From assembly GCA_963745035.1 (NCBI GenBank), contig CAVUVW010000013.1, positions 800,001-864,000 of the forward strand: DNA of 64,000 bases, written 5' to 3'. Made by a program: the position numbers and the translations under genes. Below are positions 57,021 through 64,000 of the stretch, one piece after another. Every line of letters starts with the position of its first letter. Within the stretch, counting starts at the first letter, position 1. Below the pieces are notes generated by a model. It did not search any database. It was not told where the DNA came from and saw nothing but the letters and a program-made list of their open reading frames with translations. Source of the stretch: an uncultured delta proteobacterium. Lineage in GTDB: Bacteria; Desulfobacterota; Binatia; UBA9968.

Positions 57021-59716
57021 TTGCCACCTCCGACCGACAGATGAAACACGCCATGCTCGGCAAAGTTGGGGTCGTTGTCACAGCGCGCGATCTCCAGCCG
57101 CCCGAGCTCGAGCTTGCCCGCCGCGAGCGCTTTGTTATCCGGTGTGCCCTGGCGCTGAAATTGATTCACCTGCACCGACATCACGCCCGGCACCGCCTGC
57201 GCCGCGGCGATCAGCGGGCTCGAGATAGACAGTCTGACCGAAGGTGAATCGGTCGGGGTGAAACACGCCGAACCTGCCGTCGGAAAGCGCGCGATTGCTG
57301 AAGAGCTTGAGCAGCTCTTCTTTCACGTGGGCGCGAAAATAGTCGGGCTCGGCGCAGACGTGCATGTCGATCTCCAGCGACACATAGCGCGGCCCGTCGA
57401 CTTCGAGATCGTGTCCGGCCATGCGATAGCGCTCGACATGGCGGCGAATCGAATCCTCGAAGTCGTCGTCCATCGGCGCGCCGCCCAGCCGATCCACGGT
57501 GATGAACACCGTGTGCCAGCTGCCGGTCCAGCGAAACGTCGCGATCGCGCGCTGCACGCCCGCATGCCGCTCGGTTACCGCCGCGTAATCCGCCTCGGTG
57601 ACGGCGCGCTCCTGGGTGCGAAATGCCGCCGGCGCATAGGCGCGCACTTCGGCAGTCGTCTCCGGTTCGATGCCGCCAGCGGCGGGCAGAGGGTTTCGCA
57701 CCAGGCGGGTCTCGGCGCGGAGCGCCGCGTCTTTCGTGAACAGATGCGCGATCGCTTCGGCGCCGACGTTGCCGGCCGCGCCGTTGCCGATGCGATACTT
57801 CGCTGTGAAAGCGCTCAACTCTTGCGGCCGCGCGCCGAGCCGGCCATCGCCGAAACGCAGCCGCGCGGTGCCGTTGTCTTCGATCTCCGCGACGAAATGC
57901 GGATCGATGGCGCTGCTGTCGAGCAGATCGCGCACCGGCGTCCATTCGATCTCGTCGAGATTCAGTTTGCTTGCCAGCCGCGCCGCGGGGAGCGCTCGGC
58001 GCGGTTCCTGCGCTGCGGCGCCGCGCTGCCGGAGCCGGCAGCGGATAGACGTTCAACTTTCCCTGTTCTTCCTTGATGCTGAAGCCGCGCCGGCTATCGC
58101 TGATCGACCAGAACGGTTGCGTTCCTTGGATCGAAGCGCCGCCGGGGAAGCCGATGCCGACGGCTTCGAATTGCTCTTGCAAAGCAGTTGGCAAAATCTT
58201 GTTATCGAGATCGGCGGCGTCCTGCGCGCCGGGTGTAAAGCCGAAGAGCAGCGAGCTTTCCGTCAACGTAGCGAACGTCAAGGGCCGCGCCACGAATTTG
58301 GGACGGAAGCGCACCGGCAGCGCGATCGGATCCTTGGGCTCGCAGCGATCGCAAGTCGAGGCGGTTGTTTTTGCCAGCGGCGCCTTCGGCACTTCGCCCA
58401 GCGTTTGCTCCACCGTCCTGCCGTGATCGGCGAGGACGATGTTGCCGCGCGCCACGCTCACGTCTTTGATGAATGTCCCGCCGTGGGTGCTGTCGGTCTG
58501 GGCCGAAATGCACAGCGGAAACGGCAGTGCGTCCGCTTCGCCCCAGAAAATTTCGCTGATCGCCTCGCCGGTCAGCAAATCAGTCAGCGGCTGTCCGTCC
58601 AGCATCCAAAGTCTCCACGTGGGTAAGTCGTACGGCGCAGCGGTGCGCCGGGTCGGCATCCTCCGCTCGCCCGGTGCGCGGGCCGATGACCTCTTCGAAG
58701 ATAAGCACGTCGCCGGCCTTGAGGTTGAGCAACGCGCCGCGCAAGGTCGCGTGGGTCGCGCCTTTGGGCAAGCAACAGCGCTCGTCGCCCCAAGTATAAA
58801 AATGAATCTTGTTGTGCGCCTCGAAGAGCGGAATCGCCTCCATGGTTTCGAACACTTCCAGCGCCTGCGGCGCGCACGGTGGCGTCGTCGGCCAAAGCCG
58901 GCGGCTCGCCGGGGATGCGCGTAAAGAGCTGGGTCCCCGCCTCGATCACAGCCACGTCGGAGTGGACCTGCACCTGCACCCAGGCGCGCGCGTTGCAGCC
59001 GTCGTGCATCGGGTAATCGACCAGCCGCGCGTGGCGGCGCACCGAAACGCGCCGGCGCGCGGTGCCGAGATAAGCCTCCGTCGCAACGGCGTCCTGCTGA
59101 TAGCTTAAATGGTCGCCGACGTAGGCGAGCGTCTCGACCAGGGCGACGCCGAGATCCGCCGCATTGCGCTCACGCCAGTTCGGCATCAGCACCGTCATGC
59201 GGTCGAGCATCAGGCGGCGAAAGCTCGCATAGTCCTTGGCGAGATAATCGATCTCCGGTTCCGCGCGCGCGGCCGGCGGGCAATCGCATTTCGGCTGGCA
59301 ATCGAAGTCTGCCGGGCAATCGACCTTGAAAGAAAAATCCACCGCCGCGAACAATGGATCGATGCCGTCGGGCGGCGCCGCATTTTGCGCGTTCTGCACC
59401 AGCCGCAGAGTATAGATCGAAAAATCGCCGTACTTGTCGAGATCGACGCGCAGCGCCCGCGCATTGATCGTGTCCACCGCCGCGTTCGACCGCGACGATG
59501 CCGCGAATGCGCTCGCCGCCTTCGATCTGGATATTCGCCGCAGCCGAGCGCATTGGGCGCAAGATCGTTGATGAAATGCACGACGAGCTTCTTTTGCCGA
59601 TTGGCCGGATCGCTGAGCTCGATCTCGTGGTCGAGCACTTCCAGATAATCGATGCCGTTGAGCGCGCTGCCGACGAGTTGGTTGCGCCGCAGTGGGTCGC
59701 AGCAAAAATAGATCAT
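57017..59716 (-). CDS. eCIS baseplate J-like protein 1 (several frameshifts)
   Basis: MIYFCCDPLRR...NGIDYLEV, IDYLAKDYASFRRLMLDR, LSYQQDAVATEAYLGTARRRVSVRRHARLVDY, GNIVLADHG, QERAVTEADY, FHPDRFTFGQ. Confidence 0.9.
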
Positions 59717-60081
59717 GCGCCCAAGCCTCCGCGGCTGAACTCGGCGGTCTGGCGCGTCTGGGTGCGCCGGACGATGTACTGGATCGTCACCCGCAACGTC
59801 GCGTCGTCGTTTTCCACCTGCACCGACTCGACGGCGATCAGATCGCCGAGCCACTGCTGCAGCGCGCCTTGAATCAGGAACTGCGAAGTCGCCGCCAAGG
59901 CGTCGCTGTTGGGCGCAAAGACGAGCTGCATCAAGCCGCAGCCGAAGGTCGGCCGGTTCACCCGCTCGCCCGGCGCGGTGAACAGCACCTGCTCGATCAG
60001 GTCGCGGATGTGCGCGTCTTCGGCCGCTTCCGCCGTGCGCCCGCGCGTGTCGAAATGAAATGGATAATCGAGCTGGCTCAT
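59713..60081 (-). CDS. GPW/gp25 baseplate protein
   Basis: MSQLDYPFHFDTRGRTA...HIRDLIEQVLFTAPGERVNRPTFGCGL; fused to the upstream ORF in the track only because of a frameshift. Confidence 0.92.
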   Translation of the reverse strand: MSQLDYPFHFDTRGRTAEAAEDAHIRDLIEQVLFTAPGERVNRPTFGCGLMQLVFAPNSDALAATSQFLIQGALQQWLGDLIAVESVQVENDDATLRVTIQYIVRRTQTRQTAEFSRGGLGA

Positions 60082-60399
60082 AGTCCGGTCACCCTGGTTT
60101 GCGTAAGAACGATATTCAGCGGCGTCGCCGTGGGCGACGCACGTCGCGACGCTCGATTGCAGCAGCACCGGCATGCCGCCGGCCATGATCCGCGTGGCGC
60201 CGATCAGCCACTGCGCCGTGACGCAGGGCCCGTTGCCGCCCGGCGGCGCGAACGGGCAGCCGGTGATCACGTGCGGGCTCGCCATCGTCGCGATCGCCAT
60301 ACCGTTCACCGTCACGCGCGGAAACGGCACCGCCGGCTGCGCCTGCCCGCCGTGCGCGCACATCACAGTCGCGTTTGTGTGGAGCAAAAATCCCGGCAT
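60078..60399 (-). CDS. PAAR-like spike-tip protein (DUF4280-like; frameshift near 60130)
   Basis: LLHTNATVMCAHGG...GCPF...PCVTAQW...RIMAGGMPVLLQ; corrected end PTATPLNIVLTQTRVTGL* overlaps the gp25 ATG. Confidence 0.8.
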
Positions 60400-60461
60400 G
60401 TTGTTTTCTTCTCTTAACGTCTGTCTGCGAGAGTCAGTTGGAAAGTCGATTTTTCAGTTCC

Positions 60462-60548
60462 GTCATTGCCGCGAAAGCGGCAATCCAGGTTTATTGAGTT
60501 TCCTGGATTCCGGGTCGCGCCAGCTATCGCCGGCTTGCCCGGAATGAC
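60462..60548. repeat. REP-like double palindrome
   Basis: GTCATTGCCGCGAAAGCGGCAATCCAGG...CCTGGATTCCGGG...CCCGGAATGAC, same family as 49017. Confidence 0.75.
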
Positions 60549-60578
60549 GCTCTTTTCTGAATCCTTCCGTCCACGGCA

Positions 60579-61145
60579 TCACGTCACCACCAGAGCGACT
60601 TTGTTGATCATCACGCTCGGCCCCATCATATCGATCGATGCGCCCTTGCCATTGTTGATGTAGATGCCCGTGTCGTTGACCACGATCATCGCGCCCGTCG
60701 GGCTCCGCAGCACGATGCCGCCCGTGCCAGGCGGCGCGGGCGCGGGGACCGGCGCCTGCATCGGCACCGGCGTGGCATCGCTGATGATGATCGCGTTCTG
60801 CAGCGTCGATTGAATGACGATGGTTTGTCCCGGCGGGATCGGCGGCGGCGCCAAGGCCGCAGGCGGCACTTCCGCGAACGCGCCCCAGAAACCGCCCACC
60901 CAGATCGGATATTCGGGATCGCCCTGCTCGAATTCCATCCACACCGCGGCGCCGACCTGCGGCACCATGTAGACGCCTTCCTGCTTGCCGGCGATCGGCA
61001 TGCACGGCAGCGCCCAGGTCGTCGGCACCAGCCCCTGCACGTCCGGCACGATCGCTTGGATGCGCCCGCGCTGCTCGGGATCGACGTTGTTGATCACCGT
61101 GCCGCGGTATTTGCCGTAGTAGCGGGTGGTTTTCTCTTCGCTCAT
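60579..61145 (-). CDS. Gp5/VgrG OB-fold spike protein (phage baseplate assembly V)
   Basis: YYGKYRGTVINNVDPEQRGRI, WALPC, PQVGAAVWMEFEQGDPEYPIWVGGFW. Confidence 0.92.
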   Translation of the reverse strand: MSEEKTTRYYGKYRGTVINNVDPEQRGRIQAIVPDVQGLVPTTWALPCMPIAGKQEGVYMVPQVGAAVWMEFEQGDPEYPIWVGGFWGAFAEVPPAALAPPPIPPGQTIVIQSTLQNAIIISDATPVPMQAPVPAPAPPGTGGIVLRSPTGAMIVVNDTGIYINNGKGASIDMMGPSVMINKVALVVT

Positions 61146-62272
61146 GCGGCCACCTGCGGCACCGTCGAGATCAGCCCGTTGCGGCTGAGCTCGAAGCTTT
61201 GCTTGTATTCGCCGGCTTTGATTTTGTGGGTCACGCTTTTCACGTAATAAAGTCCGTCGTAGGCCGTCCCGGCGCCGCGCACGCCCACCAGCCGGCGCGG
61301 CTTCAGCACGCTGCCGTAGCGCAGCACGTCGAGCTCGCCTTTGCCGGTGACCGCTTCGGCCATCTGCGCCGCTTTGGCCAAGCCGATCATGATCGACTGC
61401 GGCACCGGTCGCTTGGACAGATCGTCGCTCACCGGTTTCAAGTGCGTCGGTATGGGCGGAATCAAACCCAGCGGCGGGTTGAGCGGCGTGATCGGCGGCA
61501 GCGGAATCGCGATCACCGCTTTGGATAATTCTTCGTAGTAAAAGACCGTGGGAATGCCGTTCAAATTGTTGTTGAAGCTGAACGACAGCGACTCGACGTT
61601 GGTGTGCGCGTCCATGTTGATGTTGAGCGCGCGCTGCGGCTGGCCGACTTTGATCTGCGGTCCCCAGTAAGCGACGTTGGCGCCCGGCGCCGGACCGGGA
61701 TCGAGATAAAACACGTAGCCGACCTTGGAAGCGAGATCGTTGATGTACTCGAGGTCGGTGCCCTTCTGCGCCGGAATGCGCGTGGTCGGAATCGGCACGT
61801 CGATGAGCACGCTCGGAATGATCAGCGGAATGAGACCCAGGAAAGCGTACTTCAAAAGCAGCAGCGCCACCCGTCCCTCGGCCGGCGTCGCCGGAAAAGG
61901 AAAGCCGCTGAAATCGATTTTGTCCATCAACACCGTCAAGTCTTCGCCGGTGATCGACAAGGTCGATTGCCCGGGCGCGCTTCCCGGCGTGATCTCGTGA
62001 TTGGTCACGACCCCGTCCATGATCACGTGCGGCGTGCCGCTGACGATGACGACGATGACGACGCGGAGAATATTGATCGGCGCGCCGCCGGTCAGAAGAA
62101 ACAGGGTGTGCAGCGGCGACTGATTGCTCACGGTGAACGAGAGTTGAAAACCGCTGCGGCCGACGTCGTTGACCGTAACCGAAAGCTCGGTGAGCGCGTC
62201 CATTACCGCCTTGGGCGCCGGGATCGGCACCAGCGGCCCGATGAAAAGCTGCAGGGTCACCCCTTTAAGCAT
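61142..62272 (-). CDS. Baseplate hub/late control D-like protein
   Basis: LSITGEDLTVLMD, QKGTDLEYI..LA..VGYVFY, GELDVLRYGSVL, VRGAG..YDGLYYVKSVTH. Confidence 0.85.
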   Translation of the reverse strand: MLKGVTLQLFIGPLVPIPAPKAVMDALTELSVTVNDVGRSGFQLSFTVSNQSPLHTLFLLTGGAPINILRVVIVVIVSGTPHVIMDGVVTNHEITPGSAPGQSTLSITGEDLTVLMDKIDFSGFPFPATPAEGRVALLLLKYAFLGLIPLIIPSVLIDVPIPTTRIPAQKGTDLEYINDLASKVGYVFYLDPGPAPGANVAYWGPQIKVGQPQRALNINMDAHTNVESLSFSFNNNLNGIPTVFYYEELSKAVIAIPLPPITPLNPPLGLIPPIPTHLKPVSDDLSKRPVPQSIMIGLAKAAQMAEAVTGKGELDVLRYGSVLKPRRLVGVRGAGTAYDGLYYVKSVTHKIKAGEYKQSFELSRNGLISTVPQVAA

Positions 62273-62636
62273 TCTTCGGCCCCGGAATGCCCTGCGGCAA
62301 GGTGATGCGCACGGTGGCGCCGATGGTTTCGGTCAATTCGTCCGGACGGATCGCGCCGTTGGCATCGCACAATCGCCAGAACTGCTCCGGATCGCCGAGA
62401 TACTTCGCCGCGAGATTGTCGAGCCGGTCGCCCTGCACGACGGAATGCTCCTGAATCAACACGAACTCTTCCGGCGACGGCACGAAGCGCCGCTTGAGAA
62501 ACACGACGGTTCCCCCGTCCACCGTCGCAAGCTTCGCGGTGCCGGCGCCGTGATAGCGGCTGTTCGGCGGAAACTCCGCCGCGTCCGCACCGCCGGCCTG
62601 CAACATCGCCTGTAATGCCTGCATGGGATCGTTCAT
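62265..62636 (-). CDS. LysM-domain baseplate protein
   Basis: PNSRY, FLKRRFVP, HSVVQGDRLDNLAAKYLGDPEQFWRLCDAN. Confidence 0.9.
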   Translation of the reverse strand: MNDPMQALQAMLQAGGADAAEFPPNSRYHGAGTAKLATVDGGTVVFLKRRFVPSPEEFVLIQEHSVVQGDRLDNLAAKYLGDPEQFWRLCDANGAIRPDELTETIGATVRITLPQGIPGPKNA

Positions 62637-63289
62637 GGGATGCCTCGTATTCCCAGAAGGCTGAGCGCGCCGCCGAGACTCCTGCCGGCGAGTTGCTCCT
62701 TCTGCTGCTGGTAGGCCATGAATAGACTGCCGCCTTTGTTGTCGAAGCCGAGATCGGTCACGCTCAACACGCGCATGCCCAGACTCACCTTGGCGCGGAT
62801 CGGGTTGAGCGCCGGGTCGAAGGCCTCTTCGGTGATGCTGAAATCGGTGATGCGCACCGGCACGATGCGGCTTTTGCTCCAGATGAATAGCGGCAGCGCC
62901 GCCATCATCGGCAAAATTTCCAGCATGCCGGCCTGCGCAAGAGAATTGTTCGACAGCAGCTGGCTGCTCGCCGGATAGACGATCGTCTCCAACGCCGCCA
63001 GTTGCGGCTGGATGCCGAACTCCACAATGGCGCTGTTCTGATCGGGAAACTCCAACTGATCGGTGGCGTCGATCTCGGCGTCGAGCTTGATCGTCTCCAC
63101 CGGCGGCCCGGTGAGCCGCATCGCCTCGGCCCGGTCGCCGCTTTCTTTGACGGTCTGCGGCTGCAACGTGCGGCTCAAGGTATCGGGATTGTATTGCAGC
63201 ACGATGATGCGCCGCACCGCGGCGGTTTCCGCATCGATCAGCACGATGCCGCCCTTGAGCACGCGCGGCGAGTTGGGAAACGTGGTCAT
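62633..63289 (-). CDS. eCIS tube-initiator (Afp7-like) protein
   Basis: LQYNPDTLSRTL, ETIKLDAEIDATD, LFIWSKSRIVPVRITDFSITEEAFDPALNPIRAKVSLGM. Confidence 0.85.
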   Translation of the reverse strand: MTTFPNSPRVLKGGIVLIDAETAAVRRIIVLQYNPDTLSRTLQPQTVKESGDRAEAMRLTGPPVETIKLDAEIDATDQLEFPDQNSAIVEFGIQPQLAALETIVYPASSQLLSNNSLAQAGMLEILPMMAALPLFIWSKSRIVPVRITDFSITEEAFDPALNPIRAKVSLGMRVLSVTDLGFDNKGGSLFMAYQQQKEQLAGRSLGGALSLLGIRGIP

Positions 63290-63304
63290 GATAGTTTCAC
63301 TCGG

Positions 63305-64000
63305 CTAAAATCGCCGCACGAACCCAAACTTTACGTCGGCCTTGCGCACGTCCGTCGGATCCTGCGGATTCACGCCCAGTCCGATGTTGGTTTCGAATTT
63401 TACGCCGCGGCCGATATCTACCTGGAAATCCAAGACGAATTCACCTTTGCGCACGAAGGTTAGTCCTTTAAACAGAACGCCGGTGCCGACAGCTAATTTA
63501 TCAGCCGTATCGCCTTTGAAACCGGCATAGCGGAAACTCGTCTTCAACACGTTTAATCCGAGAGCGTAGCGGGACAGCGCGTCTTGCAGAACTTCAGGCT
63601 CATCCGAATGCAGAATCGCCGCTTGATACAAATGATGCCCGTAGTCCTGAAGATTTTTTCCAACGTCGAGTTCGAGCTTGTCTAGAAATAGCGGAAGATC
63701 ACGAAGCTTCGGCTCCGGCTCGGGCTGGCGCTGAATTAGACCGGAGCGCATGGGATGAACAGGCTGAGAAGTATTCCCAATTGCCGCTGCGTCGCCACCA
63801 CGAGGTTCTGGCGTTGCTTCTGAAGCTTCCGGCGCGCCGACGCCTTGTTGGACAACGTGGGTCAATTCGTGGGCGAGAAGCCGCTGACCGGCGCGGCTGC
63901 GTGGCGCATATTGACCGGCGCCGAAGACGATGTCCTCACCCACCGTGTAAGCGAGCGCGTTGACCGCGTGCGCCGATTGCGCCGCGGCAGCGTCCGCATG
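63305..64000 (-). CDS. DUF4157 (eCIS core) domain protein with an unknown C-terminal domain; 5' end outside the window
   Basis: AAQSAHAVNALAYTVGEDIVFGAGQYAP...GQRLLAHELTHVVQQ (HExxH), then an IQR motif and a distinct C-terminal domain. Confidence 0.9.
   Translation of the reverse strand, partial: HADAAAAQSAHAVNALAYTVGEDIVFGAGQYAPRSRAGQRLLAHELTHVVQQGVGAPEASEATPEPRGGDAAAIGNTSQPVHPMRSGLIQRQPEPEPKLRDLPLFLDKLELDVGKNLQDYGHHLYQAAILHSDEPEVLQDALSRYALGLNVLKTSFRYAGFKGDTADKLAVGTGVLFKGLTFVRKGEFVLDFQVDIGRGVKFETNIGLGVNPQDPTDVRKADVKFGFVRRF

Noticed and set aside
59713-60399. Apparent PAAR-like/gp25 fusion
   Set aside because: One frameshift near 60130 explains it; correction gives a TGA overlapping the gp25 ATG.
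48442-64000. Prophage or type VI secretion system
   Set aside because: No capsid, portal, terminase, integrase, TssJLM or ClpV genes; DUF4157, DUF6519 and paired baseplate J-like genes indicate eCIS.

Overview
High-GC bacterial DNA. The gene families (TctC-like binding protein, amidohydrolases, LVIVD protein, cyclase-AAA-TPR) suggest Candidatus Binatia or a related deltaproteobacteria-like soil lineage; this is an inference. About 20 single-base frameshifts in otherwise intact genes point to uncorrected long-read indel errors. From left to right the window holds: (1) a type I restriction-modification operon (hsdM, hsdS) followed by a translationally coupled Mrr-like nuclease, then hsp20 and toxin-antitoxin genes; (2) a TctC-like protein, an amidohydrolase, a GxxExxY nuclease gene inside 30-bp terminal inverted repeats, and an MFS transporter; (3) two divergent sigma-54 activators with a consensus sigma-54 promoter between them; (4) a ~19-kb minus-strand gene run encoding a class III cyclase-AAA-TPR protein, a three-gene four-module NRPS ending in a condensation domain with no thioesterase, a secreted alpha/beta-hydrolase peptidase and a 76-aa Lys-rich two-repeat peptide; (5) an amidohydrolase-CbbQ-CbbO operon with no Rubisco or NO-reductase genes; (6) assorted small genes, an FhlA-like activator and an AbrB/PIN toxin-antitoxin pair; (7) the baseplate/spike half of an extracellular contractile injection system (eCIS), with DUF4157 and a DUF6519 beta-helix protein, running off the right edge. 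Several short repeat families occur between genes and in frame inside proteins. The best candidates for undescribed systems are the NRPS/peptide/peptidase cluster with its possible cyclic-nucleotide to sigma-54 circuit, and the GxxExxY element with its gene-less 9-mer hairpin relatives.
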